IMG/VR virus record: IMGVR_UViG_3300032248_000908
Span: 1-39,763 of that record
DNA length: 39,763 nucleotides
Direction: 5' to 3' (one strand)
Source of the DNA: a virus
Taxonomy: Duplodnaviria; Caudoviricetes
Shown: positions 9,326 through 18,524 of the stretch, piece by piece
Numbering within the stretch: position 1 is the stretch's first letter
How the letters are laid out: each line of letters begins with the position of its first letter
Made by a program: the position numbers and the translations under genes
Notes under the pieces: model-generated
Told to the model about the DNA's origin: nothing
Database searches by the model: none
Seen by the model: the letters and a program-made list of their open reading frames with translations, nothing else

Positions 9326-9718
9326 ATGTACGATCAACTTGATGAGACGAATTTTTTACTCTATGCCGCGAAACATTATGATAACCCGCAATGCTTTGAT
9401 ACATTAGAATTCTATGATGATCTAAAGCGATTCAAATACCTTAAGCGCCTGTTCAAATCTTACAAAGAAACAGGCGATCTTAAGGAGCAGCTAATCCTTA
9501 ACCACATTATTGTATTGTACAATCTGTTTGGGGTTAGGGCTACCACCAAGATGCTTTTCTTCAAACTTCTAGACTACAAACAAGAGCTCAAACCATTTCT
9601 AGAGTTCTTGCAATATATGCCTGATCAAATTATAAGTATTGGAATACAATCAATAACTATAAATAATAAAGATATCATTTCTGATAAACTAATAGAAGAA
9701 CGATTGAGGCAAATTTAA
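9326..9718 (+). CDS. Conserved T4-like hypothetical protein
   Basis: NFLLYAAKHYDNPQC...EFYDDLKRFKYLKRL...LILNHIIVLYNLFG, a family I recognise from aquatic T4-like phages. Confidence 0.8.
   Translation: MYDQLDETNFLLYAAKHYDNPQCFDTLEFYDDLKRFKYLKRLFKSYKETGDLKEQLILNHIIVLYNLFGVRATTKMLFFKLLDYKQELKPFLEFLQYMPDQIISIGIQSITINNKDIISDKLIEERLRQI
9658..9665 (+). promoter_or_regulatory. Late promoter TATAAATA
   Basis: Exact consensus ~50 nt before ATG 9718. Confidence 0.6.
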
Positions 9719-10023
9719 TGAAAAAGTTCTCTTCTTTAAAATGTCCAAAATGCGGCAAGAAACCTTGCGTATGTAAGTCTTGCTCAGAGTGCGGTAAAGA
9801 TCCTTGTCATTGTATGCAAGAAGGATATGTAACGGAAGCCGAAGATGCGTATCATATGGCTCGCAACGAACTGACTACTGCCATGCGTGGTATTGAGCGT
9901 CTTATGGATATATGTAAGGGAAAGGGCGATTTAGAGCCATGGGTGCAAGCTAAGCTAGCTAGAGCAACAGCAATGCTTGATGGAGTTGCTGACTACTTGG
10001 AGTCGGGAGGCGAAGACGCATGA
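9718..10023 (+). CDS. Small protein with two CxxCGKxPCxC motifs and a helical C-terminal domain
   Basis: CPKCGKKPCVC / CSECGKDPCHC, then MARNEL...LEPWVQAKL. Confidence 0.75.
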   Translation: MKKFSSLKCPKCGKKPCVCKSCSECGKDPCHCMQEGYVTEAEDAYHMARNELTTAMRGIERLMDICKGKGDLEPWVQAKLARATAMLDGVADYLESGGEDA

Positions 10024-10811
10024 AAACTTTTTCTGATCTTAGAGAAGAGTTAATGAAAGGAAAGGATCCTTGCTGGAAAGGTTATAAGATGCAAGGGACC
10101 AAGAAGAAAGCAGGGAAGGATGTACCTAACTGTATCCCTGAGCAAGGTTTCCTTGAACCATCAGGAGTTAGTGAGTATGGGACATCCACAGGTGCTGACG
10201 TTGGTTTAAGCACTCAAGGAATGCCAAGCTTTAAAAAGGTGCCAGAGCATCTTCCTTATAAAAAGAAAAAGGCGACCAACCGTGGCCCACACGGAAGCTC
10301 TTTAGACAACATCTACAAAGAAGATAAGAACAAACCTTCTAGTCGTGAATGGGGCACAAAGTCTTTAGCTAACATTTATAAGAAAGACACCCCTGGTCAA
10401 CAAGTAAAAGAAGAAATATGGGACACAAAGAATCCTGTTAAGAAACACAAAAAATTAACGTCAAATCAAAAAGCTAAAGCTAAAGCGAGAGCAAAAGCTG
10501 CGGGTCGTCCGTATCCCAATATGGTCGATAATATAGCTGTGGCAAAAGAAGAAGTAATAACTGAACGTGGAGCAGATTCTAAAGGTTACTATCGTTCAAC
10601 TGAGAGCGGCGCAGGACTTACGGCGAAAGGCGCAAAGCACTTCGGTATTCGTACTGCAGTAACAGGAAAAGTTGAACCTGGATCTAAAGCAGCCAAGCGT
10701 AGGAAGTCCTTCTGTGCACGTATGAGCGGCATGCCAGGACCAATGAAAGACAAACAAGGTAGAGATACAAGAAAAGCGGCTTCGCTAAAGAGATGGAGAT
10801 GCAGAACATGA
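10020..10811 (+). CDS. Basic modular putative internal head protein (DUF6321-like C-terminus)
   Basis: MKTFSDLREE N-terminus; PCWKGY..G.KKK.GK.VPNC; GAGLTAKG...RRKSFCARM...LKRWRC. Confidence 0.7.
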   Translation: MKTFSDLREELMKGKDPCWKGYKMQGTKKKAGKDVPNCIPEQGFLEPSGVSEYGTSTGADVGLSTQGMPSFKKVPEHLPYKKKKATNRGPHGSSLDNIYKEDKNKPSSREWGTKSLANIYKKDTPGQQVKEEIWDTKNPVKKHKKLTSNQKAKAKARAKAAGRPYPNMVDNIAVAKEEVITERGADSKGYYRSTESGAGLTAKGAKHFGIRTAVTGKVEPGSKAAKRRKSFCARMSGMPGPMKDKQGRDTRKAASLKRWRCRT

Positions 10812-11020
10812 AGTCGTTCAAGGATTTCGTCTCCGAGGATGGTGGAGGTGCCGCTGCTGCTGGTCCGGCTAACGTGACTGGTGGTATAGCTGGAGCACGC
10901 CCTGGAGACCTTCCTCCGGTGTCTCAAGGGCTGCAGAAAAAATATCAGAAGCGTGGCGCAGCGAGTGAAAAAGGATTAGCTAAATCGCTTAGAAAAGTTA
11001 CTGGAACAGTCCGTGTATAG
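10808..11020 (+). CDS. Small protein with capsid-targeting-like N-terminus
   Basis: GGAG RBS, ATGA overlap; MKSFKDFVSE then G/A-rich stretch. Confidence 0.7.
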   Translation: MKSFKDFVSEDGGGAAAAGPANVTGGIAGARPGDLPPVSQGLQKKYQKRGAASEKGLAKSLRKVTGTVRV

Positions 11021-11507
11021 CTTGCCGTATAAGCTTTCAGCTATAGCGGTATTGATAGCAAGCGCATTTACGATTGGATTCATTAAGGGTAATGCTCGAG
11101 CTGAAGTAGAGATTCAAAGAGCTGCTGCTGAAGCTGCAGAAAAGATTGCAGAATTAGAGAGAATTAATTCAGAAATAAGCAACAAGGTTGTAACCAAATA
11201 CGTCGAAAAGGTCAAGACAATAAAGCAGAAGGAATATGTGTATGTTGACAATGCCCAAAAGTTTGTTCCCTCTATTCATGACATGTCTGCTGGCTGGGTG
11301 TACCTCCACGACGTTAGTGCCCAAAATGGTGATGCCGACTCCTCCAAGTCTTCTGATGGAACCTCCTCAGGAGTTAAAGACAATCAAGCAATCGGAACAA
11401 TCGTCCAAAACTACTCCATCTGCCGACAAAACGCAGAGCAACTAATCCAGTTGCAGCAATGGATTATTGAAAATCAACAGTCTGTTGCTGAGTCGAACAA
11501 AAAATGA
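11013..11507 (+). CDS. Rz: Inner-membrane spanin (Rz-like)
   Basis: N-terminal TM, coiled coil, NY..C..NAEQL..LQ.W C-terminus; contains a lipoprotein ORF in another frame. Confidence 0.8.
   Translation: MYSLPYKLSAIAVLIASAFTIGFIKGNARAEVEIQRAAAEAAEKIAELERINSEISNKVVTKYVEKVKTIKQKEYVYVDNAQKFVPSIHDMSAGWVYLHDVSAQNGDADSSKSSDGTSSGVKDNQAIGTIVQNYSICRQNAEQLIQLQQWIIENQQSVAESNKK
11242..11445 (+). CDS. Rz1: Outer-membrane spanin lipoprotein (Rz1-like), embedded in Rz
   Basis: Lipobox LAGC, Pro-rich MPTPPSLLMEPPQEL; AAGGA RBS is best spaced to ATG 11242. Confidence 0.8.
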   Translation: MLTMPKSLFPLFMTCLLAGCTSTTLVPKMVMPTPPSLLMEPPQELKTIKQSEQSSKTTPSADKTQSN

Positions 11508-11977
11508 GCGGAGACATTGAGACTCGCGTAGCTCTTTTAGAAAGAGACGTGATACAAGTAAACAGTGTCTTCGCCAAGCTAGACACTACTATGGAGAAGT
11601 TAGCTGATGTATCTTCTTCAATCAAAGAATTACTTTCTGTCCACGAGCTGCGCATTAATCATCAAGAAGAATATCATGCGCACCTAAGCGAGCTGATTGA
11701 GAACAGAAGGATTCAATCAGAGTCTCAGCACCAAGTAATAAGCACAAAAATCGTGGAATCAGAAAAGGAGCTGAGGAAAGAGATGGACGAGTTTCAGAAA
11801 ACGGTTTTAAATGAAATGAAAGAAATTCGTAAAGAACTCCGCTCCTATCATGAAGATGCAATCAAGTCCGCTCAACACATCGATAAGTTAAAACTCTTCT
11901 TCACTGCTGGTGCTACACTCATTGTTTTCATTTTATATAAAATTGACATCATTCCGTTTTCATTTCTAAAAATTTAG
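11504..11977 (+). CDS. Coiled-coil protein with C-terminal membrane anchor (gp61.1-like position)
   Basis: Heptad-rich, one C-terminal hydrophobic segment, directly upstream of primase. Confidence 0.6.
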   Translation: MSGDIETRVALLERDVIQVNSVFAKLDTTMEKLADVSSSIKELLSVHELRINHQEEYHAHLSELIENRRIQSESQHQVISTKIVESEKELRKEMDEFQKTVLNEMKEIRKELRSYHEDAIKSAQHIDKLKLFFTAGATLIVFILYKIDIIPFSFLKI

Positions 11978-11978
11978 C

Positions 11979-12007
11979 TTTACTTTTTTTAGTTCGTGGG
12001 GTATAAT
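11979..12007 (+). promoter_or_regulatory. Sigma70-type promoter TTTACT-N17-TATAAT for the primase-thyX-nrd block
   Basis: Hexamers and 17-nt spacer counted directly. Confidence 0.75.
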
Positions 12008-12035
12008 CAGTATGTAGTTTTATATGGTATATATC

Positions 12036-13061
12036 ATGAACACATTGTGGATAGATCTCAAGTACGCAAATTTACTTTCCGGCAAGCTAGAATTCTTCAA
12101 GGTTAAGAAAAACAACCCGTATCTCGCTAACTGCCGCTGCCCATTCTGCGGCGACTCTCAGAAAAACAAATACAAAGCTCGCGGCTACGTATTCCAACAC
12201 AAGAACGAAATAGGATACAAGTGTCACAATTGCGGCATCGCGTATTCGTTCTCCACGTTTCTTAAGAACATCGACTTCATTATGTACGAAGAGTATACCA
12301 AAGAAGTTTATCTTTCTAAGAACAATATCGTAGAGAAACGAGAACCTGTCGCGGACATTACGAAGATTGTCACGCCTAAGTTTCTTAACGCTGGGTCGCC
12401 GCTGCGCAAGTTAAAAAGAATCTCTCAGCTACCGTGGGACCATCCTGCGAAACGATACGTTGACAAACGTAAGATACCGCCAGAGATGCATTATAAGCTG
12501 TTCTACTGTCCGAAGTTTTTTGATTGGACGAATAGTATTGTTCCGGATAAAATCACAGCAACCAAAGAAGAGCCAAGACTAATTATACCATTCCTGAAAG
12601 AAGATAGCAATATGTTCGGCTATCAGGGTAGGTCTTTCGACCCGAAGTCGAAGCTCAGGTACATAACAATAATGCTCGAAGACTATCCTAAGATATACGG
12701 TCTTGAGAGAGTGAACAAGAATCAGCCTGTATATGTATTTGAAGGACCGATTGATTCTATGTTCATCAAGAACTCTGTAGCGATGGCAGGCGCGGACATT
12801 ACGCTAGATAATACTTTCGTTAAACCTGTGTTTGTTTACGATAACGAGCCTAGGAACAAAGACATAGTCAAACGCATTGACTCTTGCATCGAAAAAGGTT
12901 ATAATGTGGTAGTGTGGGATGATACGTTCCCGCAAAAAGATATTAACGATATGATACTGGCTGGATACGATATCGAGCATATAAAGATTGTCATAGATAA
13001 ACGCACCTTCAGCGGATTAGAAGCGAAGGTTGAATTAATGAAGTGGAGGAAATGTGAGTAA
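12036..13061 (+). CDS. 61: DNA primase (T4 gp61-like)
   Basis: CRCPFCGDS...CHNCG Zn finger, EGPIDS and DNE TOPRIM motifs, KDINDM; alternative start 12024. Confidence 0.95.
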   Translation: MNTLWIDLKYANLLSGKLEFFKVKKNNPYLANCRCPFCGDSQKNKYKARGYVFQHKNEIGYKCHNCGIAYSFSTFLKNIDFIMYEEYTKEVYLSKNNIVEKREPVADITKIVTPKFLNAGSPLRKLKRISQLPWDHPAKRYVDKRKIPPEMHYKLFYCPKFFDWTNSIVPDKITATKEEPRLIIPFLKEDSNMFGYQGRSFDPKSKLRYITIMLEDYPKIYGLERVNKNQPVYVFEGPIDSMFIKNSVAMAGADITLDNTFVKPVFVYDNEPRNKDIVKRIDSCIEKGYNVVVWDDTFPQKDINDMILAGYDIEHIKIVIDKRTFSGLEAKVELMKWRKCE

Positions 13062-13716
13062 AGTAAGACTAATCGGTTTGACTAAACCAGTTGAAGAGAC
13101 CTCTATCGCGAAGAACGCTAACGACCTCGTTGCTTATGTAGCCAGAGTTTCTAATCCTGCGAATCAGAACAACCCACAGACCGCAGGGAAGTTGATTAGA
13201 TATTTAATCAAGAACCGACATTGGTCGCCGTTCGAGATGGTTCATATTGTGATGGAAATTAGCACCACCCGTGATATTTCTAGACAGATTCTACGACACC
13301 GTTCTTTTAGCTTCCAGGAATTTAGTCAGCGCTATGCTGCGGTCGGAGATACGTTCTACACAGACCGCGAAGCTCGTCTTCAGGATACGACTAATCGTCA
13401 AAACTCGATTGAAGTTGATGATGCCGAATTACACGACGAGTTTACTAAAAGACAAGCAGAAGTGGCAGATATCGCCAAAGCTGCATATCAGTGGGCGCTA
13501 GATAAAGGTATCGCCAAAGAACAGGCGCGAGTATTTTTACCAGAAGGATTGACAGAGACTAAGTTATACATGTCTGGGTCTCTTCGTTCCTGGATTCATT
13601 ACTGCGACCTTAGAATGAAGAACGGAACACAAAAAGAACACATGGAAATCGCTGAGGATTGCTGGAACATTATCTGCTATAACTTCCCGGACATTTCTGG
13701 AGCGTTAGGTGAATAA
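13054..13716 (+). CDS. thyX: FAD-dependent thymidylate synthase
   Basis: HWSPFE, RHRSFSFQEFSQRY, KEQAR..LP, TQKEH. Confidence 0.97.
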   Translation: MSKVRLIGLTKPVEETSIAKNANDLVAYVARVSNPANQNNPQTAGKLIRYLIKNRHWSPFEMVHIVMEISTTRDISRQILRHRSFSFQEFSQRYAAVGDTFYTDREARLQDTTNRQNSIEVDDAELHDEFTKRQAEVADIAKAAYQWALDKGIAKEQARVFLPEGLTETKLYMSGSLRSWIHYCDLRMKNGTQKEHMEIAEDCWNIICYNFPDISGALGE

Positions 13717-13867
13717 AGTATACACGGCAACAGTAGTAGAAGATTGTGATGAATTGTTTTTGCAGTTTCCAATAGAATTACTAGAAAATTTAGACTGGAA
13801 AGCAGGCGATACGTTAGTCTGGGTAGCCAATAAAGACGGCACCTTTACAATTAAAAAGAAAGAATAA
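13709..13867 (+). CDS. AbrB/MazE/SpoVT-like small protein (not in ORF track)
   Basis: GGAG RBS + GTG; MNKVYTATVVEDCDELFLQFPIELLENLDWKAGDTLVWVANKDGTFTIKKKE fits L.FP.ELL..L.W..GD.L; fills the thyX-nrdA gap. Confidence 0.75.
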   Translation: MNKVYTATVVEDCDELFLQFPIELLENLDWKAGDTLVWVANKDGTFTIKKKE

Positions 13868-13868
13868 T

Positions 13869-16145
13869 ATGCCAACGAATGTAATAAAAAGAGACGGCTC
13901 CAAAGAGTTGTTGAATCTAGAAAAGTTTCACAAGGTTATTTCTTGGGCTTGTGAATCAGTTAGTGGTGTTTCTGTATCTGAAGTTGCAATGAACTCACAT
14001 ATTCAGTTCTACGACAACATTAAAACGACGAATATTCAAGAGACTATCATCAAGGCTGCTGCCGACCTTATCTCAGAAGAAGCACCGAACTATCAGTATG
14101 TCGCAGGACGTTTGGTTAGCTATCATATTCGTAAGCAAGTGTACAACAGCTATAACCCGAATCATCTGATGGATCATTATCTTGTAATTCTAAAGAAAGG
14201 TTATTATGATTCAGAATTAGGTCGGCAGTATACAGCGTCAGAATGGGACGAACTCAACTCTCATATCGATCATGACCGAGATTTTATGATGACCTATGCT
14301 GCTATGGAACAATTCCGTGGCAAGTACCTTGTTAAGAATCGAGTAACCGGAGAGTTATACGAAACTCCCCAGATTGCTTATATGCTGATTGCGATGACGT
14401 TGTTTGCGAAGTATCCAGAAGAAACCCGACTTCAGTGGGTAAAAGATTACTACGACGCAATATCATTATTTTCTGTATCATTACCAACCCCAATCATGGC
14501 AGGTGTACGCACACCACAGCGTCAGTTTTCGTCATGTGTTCTTATAGAAACGGAGGATTCCCTTGATTCGATTAATGCAACTTCTTCAGCGATTGTTAAA
14601 TACGTTAGCCAAAAGGCTGGCATCGGCATTGGCGGGGGTCGTATACGGGCTGTTGGCAGTCCTATTCGCAGTGGTGATGCTTCTCATACTGGAGTTATTC
14701 CTTTTTACAAGCATTTTCAATCTGCTGTTAAATCCTGTTCCCAGGGTGGTGTACGAGGCGGTGCGGCGACTTTATACTACCCGATTTGGCACCTCGAAAT
14801 CGAAGATCTTCTGGTTCTAAAGAATAACAAAGGAACGGAAGATAATCGTGCTCGGCATATGGACTATGGTGTTCAGTTCAACAAGGTAATGTACGAACGT
14901 CTAATTCGAGGCGAAGACATAACTCTGTTCTCACCAAAAGATGTTCCGGAACTATATGAAACCTTCTTTACGAATGTAGATAAATTCCGAGAGATATATG
15001 AACAGGCGGAACGTAACAGTAAGCTGCGTAAAAAGGTAGTGAAGGCGACAGACTTATTTTCTTCTTTTATGCAGGAACGTAAGGACACGGGACGTATCTA
15101 CCTAATGAATGTTGACCATGCTAACGACCATGGTGCTTTCGTAAAAGAAAATGCGCCGATTCGTCAGAGCAATCTTTGCTGCGAAATCAATCTACCAACC
15201 AAACCTCTTAACGATATTAACGATGAAGAAGGAGAGATTGCTCTTTGCACATTGTCGGCTATCAACTGGGGTAAAATCAAATCACCAGAAGACTTCGCTG
15301 CGCCTTGTGAGTTAGCTGTAAGAGCATTAGATGCTTTGCTCGACTATCAAGGGTATCCCGTAAAAGCAGCAGAGACGTCTACAAGAAAGTATCGTCCGCT
15401 GGGGATTGGTATTATTAATCTTGCTTACTGGATGGCGATGAACAACATGACCTACAGCAACCCAGACCTTGCGCCGTTAAACAAGTACGCTGAAGCTTGG
15501 TCGTATTATCTTATCAAGGCTTCTGTAAATCTTGCTAAAGAAAAAGGTGCTCTTGGTTGCCCGGAAAATGTTAGATATACTTACGGTATTCTACCTATCG
15601 ACACTTATAAAAAAGAAGTTGACGAATTAGTAGACCCCGTTTATACTATGGACTGGGAAGGGCTGCGAGCAGACTTGTTGAAGTATGGTATTCGTAATGC
15701 GACGTTGATGGCGCTGATGCCTGCCGAGACGTCTGCGCTGATTAGTAATTCAACCAACGGTATTGAACCACCTCGTGCATTGATTAGCGTTAAGCAGTCT
15801 AAGGACGGTATCCTTAAGCAAGTGGTGCCCAACATCCGCAGACTTAAGAATAAATACGAACTACTGTGGGACATTAAATCGCCAGTAGGCTATTTATACA
15901 TTTGCGCAGTATTGCAGAAGTATATCGATCAAGGCATCTCTGTGAACACTACATATAACCCAAAGTTTTATGAAGGTGAGAAGATTCCTCTAAGTGAAAT
16001 GCTTAAGCACGTGTTAATGTTCTACAAGTATGGCGGGAAGCAGCTCTACTACTTCAATACTGCCGATGGTGCGGGAGAGGTAGAAGAAAAAGAATTAGCT
16101 ATCGGTGAAGCAGATTCGTCTAACTGCGATAGTTGCAAAATTTAG
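13869..16145 (+). CDS. nrdA: Class Ia ribonucleotide reductase alpha subunit
   Basis: ATP cone (VIKRDG), PTPIMAG, FSSC, SNLCCEI, LYY, C-terminal CDSC. Confidence 0.98.
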   Translation: MPTNVIKRDGSKELLNLEKFHKVISWACESVSGVSVSEVAMNSHIQFYDNIKTTNIQETIIKAAADLISEEAPNYQYVAGRLVSYHIRKQVYNSYNPNHLMDHYLVILKKGYYDSELGRQYTASEWDELNSHIDHDRDFMMTYAAMEQFRGKYLVKNRVTGELYETPQIAYMLIAMTLFAKYPEETRLQWVKDYYDAISLFSVSLPTPIMAGVRTPQRQFSSCVLIETEDSLDSINATSSAIVKYVSQKAGIGIGGGRIRAVGSPIRSGDASHTGVIPFYKHFQSAVKSCSQGGVRGGAATLYYPIWHLEIEDLLVLKNNKGTEDNRARHMDYGVQFNKVMYERLIRGEDITLFSPKDVPELYETFFTNVDKFREIYEQAERNSKLRKKVVKATDLFSSFMQERKDTGRIYLMNVDHANDHGAFVKENAPIRQSNLCCEINLPTKPLNDINDEEGEIALCTLSAINWGKIKSPEDFAAPCELAVRALDALLDYQGYPVKAAETSTRKYRPLGIGIINLAYWMAMNNMTYSNPDLAPLNKYAEAWSYYLIKASVNLAKEKGALGCPENVRYTYGILPIDTYKKEVDELVDPVYTMDWEGLRADLLKYGIRNATLMALMPAETSALISNSTNGIEPPRALISVKQSKDGILKQVVPNIRRLKNKYELLWDIKSPVGYLYICAVLQKYIDQGISVNTTYNPKFYEGEKIPLSEMLKHVLMFYKYGGKQLYYFNTADGAGEVEEKELAIGEADSSNCDSCKI

Positions 16146-16155
16146 GAGAAAATAG

Positions 16156-16539
16156 ATGGCGACCTTTGTTACAACTGGAGAAATAGAAACAGGCAATCAC
16201 CTGATACTAGAGCTTCACAGGATAAAAGCGGAGCACTTGAAAGACGAAGAATTTATTCGCAACTCTATGATTAAAGCTGCGCATGCTTCAAAGGCGACCA
16301 TACTACACACTTACTTCCATCATTTCGGTAATGAATACGGAGTCACCGGAATCATTGCTTTATCTGAATCTCATATGTCGATACACACGTGGCCAGAATA
16401 TAATTACGCAGCTGTAGATATATTTCTTTGTGGTTCAGCGGACGTCAACGCAGCAATGGAAAGTCTGTTGGCTTCGCTTAGTTGCACAAATTACAACAGC
16501 AATCCCTTAACAAGAAAAACATATCGAGTTAACACATGA
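16156..16539 (+). CDS. speD: S-adenosylmethionine decarboxylase proenzyme (class 1b)
   Basis: G.HLIL, GVTG...LSESHMSIHTWPE...AAVDIFLCG. Confidence 0.92.
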   Translation: MATFVTTGEIETGNHLILELHRIKAEHLKDEEFIRNSMIKAAHASKATILHTYFHHFGNEYGVTGIIALSESHMSIHTWPEYNYAAVDIFLCGSADVNAAMESLLASLSCTNYNSNPLTRKTYRVNT

Positions 16540-17579
16540 CCGTATTTCATAACATAAGTTCATACGACGGAAGAACGATGTTCTTCGATAAGGCGATGGG
16601 CGTTTCCCGTTACGATATACAGAAGTATCCTATCTTTGAGAAACTAACAGAAAAGCAAAATGGCTTCTTTTGGCAACCCACTGAAGTGGAATGTATGCGA
16701 GACGCTAAAGACTTCAAGACTTTAAATCGTCATGAACAACATATCTTCACCAGCAACCTTAAAAGACAAATCTTGTTGGACTCGGTGCAGGGTCGTGCAC
16801 CTATCGAGGCGCTGCTTCCTGTCTGTTCATTGCCTGAATTAGAGACCTGGATTACCACATGGTCTTACTTTGAGACTATTCATTCTCGTTCTTATACGCA
16901 TATCATTCGCAACATCTATAGCAATCCTTCTGAAGTATTCGACGGTATGCTAGACATCCCCGAGATAACAGATTGCGCTCGCGACATAAGCAGATACTAC
17001 GATAACCTGATTGCAAAGAAGTCGCCGTACAGCTTATGGCTCTGTCTTAACGCAATTAATGCGCTTGAAGGCATTCGGTTCTATGTAAGCTTTGCGTGTT
17101 CCTGGGCATTCGCCGAAGTAAAGAAAATGGAAGGTAATGCTAAGATTATCAAGTTTATTGCTCGAGACGAGAATATTCATCTAGCAGCGACGCAGCAGAT
17201 GCTCAAGCTTCTACCGAAAGACGACGCTATCTACGCTGATATTAAAAAAGAAGCCGAAGAAGAAGTAGTTTATATTTTCAATCAAGTCGTCGAACAAGAA
17301 AAGGCATGGGCTAAGTATTTATTCAGAACAGGCTCAATGATTGGTCTTAACGAACAATTACTGTGTGATTATGTAGAATGGATTGCGCACAAGCGCATGA
17401 CTTCTATCGGGCTTCCGTCGCCTTATAAAGGTGGGACGAATCCGTTGCCTTGGACACAGAAATGGATTAGCGGTTCTGAAGTCCAGGTTGCTCCACAAGA
17501 AACAGAAATAACCAGTTATCTTGTTGGTGGTGTAAACAAAGACGTTGACGAGAATACTTTCAAGGGGATGACTTTATGA
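16536..17579 (+). CDS. nrdB: Class Ia ribonucleotide reductase beta subunit
   Basis: FFWQPTEV, LLDSVQGR, ETIHSRSY, EGIRFY, RDENIH, VAPQETEITSY. Confidence 0.98.
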   Translation: MTVFHNISSYDGRTMFFDKAMGVSRYDIQKYPIFEKLTEKQNGFFWQPTEVECMRDAKDFKTLNRHEQHIFTSNLKRQILLDSVQGRAPIEALLPVCSLPELETWITTWSYFETIHSRSYTHIIRNIYSNPSEVFDGMLDIPEITDCARDISRYYDNLIAKKSPYSLWLCLNAINALEGIRFYVSFACSWAFAEVKKMEGNAKIIKFIARDENIHLAATQQMLKLLPKDDAIYADIKKEAEEEVVYIFNQVVEQEKAWAKYLFRTGSMIGLNEQLLCDYVEWIAHKRMTSIGLPSPYKGGTNPLPWTQKWISGSEVQVAPQETEITSYLVGGVNKDVDENTFKGMTL

Positions 17580-17746
17580 AGAGGTTTGTTATAAAAAGCA
17601 ATCGAGAAGATGAGCCAGTAGACTATGTTATCCCTGAGTATAAAGATGTCACCCAAATCCTAGAACACTTCACGTTATTCTTAAAAGCATGCGGTTACGT
17701 GTTTCACGGTTACTGCGACATAATCGATTACGACGACGGGAAATAA
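17576..17746 (+). CDS. Small hypothetical protein (56 aa, not in ORF track)
   Basis: ATGA overlap with nrdB stop; MKRFVIKSN...FTLFLKACGYVF; fills the gap exactly. Confidence 0.7.
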   Translation: MKRFVIKSNREDEPVDYVIPEYKDVTQILEHFTLFLKACGYVFHGYCDIIDYDDGK

Positions 17747-17747
17747 A

Positions 17748-17939
17748 ATGTTTGAACGATACAAAAAGAACGTTACTCCCGACCTCACAGAAAATTTAAA
17801 ATCTTTGACAGAAAGAGAAAAAATTTGCTGGGACATGGCTAGGGTGTTTCTAGAAAACAAAGATGCGCATGGCATCCACGACATGGGAGTTGAAATCCAG
17901 GCATTGCAAAGAGCAATCACTGAATTAAATAAATTATGA
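17748..17939 (+). CDS. Small hypothetical protein
   Basis: Tightly packed between neighbours; ATGA overlap downstream. Confidence 0.7.
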   Translation: MFERYKKNVTPDLTENLKSLTEREKICWDMARVFLENKDAHGIHDMGVEIQALQRAITELNKL

Positions 17940-18382
17940 AAGAACGAAAGTTCGTTGAGTATTACATGGGGATAGCTGAGTCCACCGCGAAGCTGTCTTA
18001 CGCGAAACGATTACAGGTTGGGTGTATAGTAGTAAGAGAAAACAGAATCCTTTCTATAGGATATAACGGAATGCCGGCAGGCTGGGACAACGTCTGTGAA
18101 GACGAAGAAGGTTCCACTAAGCCAGAAGTACTCCATGCCGAAACCAATGCTATAACCAAGCTCTCTTCTTCTACAGAATCCTCTGCTGGGTCTGTTGTTT
18201 TTGTAACCCATGCACCATGTATACACTGCGCCAAACTGATCTATCAATCTAACGTAGGCGTGGTGATTTATAAATATCCATATAGAGACACGGCAGGGAT
18301 TGCTTTCTTAGAGAAGTCCAACGTTGATGTTTGTATGTATGACGATTTAATCAAACTTATAGGAGAAGAGTATGGACAATAA
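17936..18382 (+). CDS. cd: dCMP deaminase
   Basis: VGC, GYNG.P.G, HAE, PCIHC Zn-deaminase motifs. Confidence 0.95.
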   Translation: MKERKFVEYYMGIAESTAKLSYAKRLQVGCIVVRENRILSIGYNGMPAGWDNVCEDEEGSTKPEVLHAETNAITKLSSSTESSAGSVVFVTHAPCIHCAKLIYQSNVGVVIYKYPYRDTAGIAFLEKSNVDVCMYDDLIKLIGEEYGQ

Positions 18383-18524
18383 CACCGTATGCGGTTCGTG
18401 TGAAACTGAATACACTTTAATCGCTGAAAAAGTTCAAACGTACTGCCCATTCTGCGGTGACAGTGTTCTAGAAGTAGACGAAGATCTAAATTACGAAGAA
18501 CTAGACTTCTTCGAAGAAGATTAA
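18372..18524 (+). CDS. Zinc-ribbon protein with acidic tail (50 aa, not in ORF track)
   Basis: AGGAG RBS; CGSC...CPFCG then D/E-rich tail; TATAAATA at 18269-18276 upstream. Confidence 0.75.
   Translation: MDNNTVCGSCETEYTLIAEKVQTYCPFCGDSVLEVDEDLNYEELDFFEED

Noticed and set aside
13869-17579. Introns or inteins in nrdA/nrdB
   Set aside because: Both ORFs are continuous and of ordinary length, with no visible insertion
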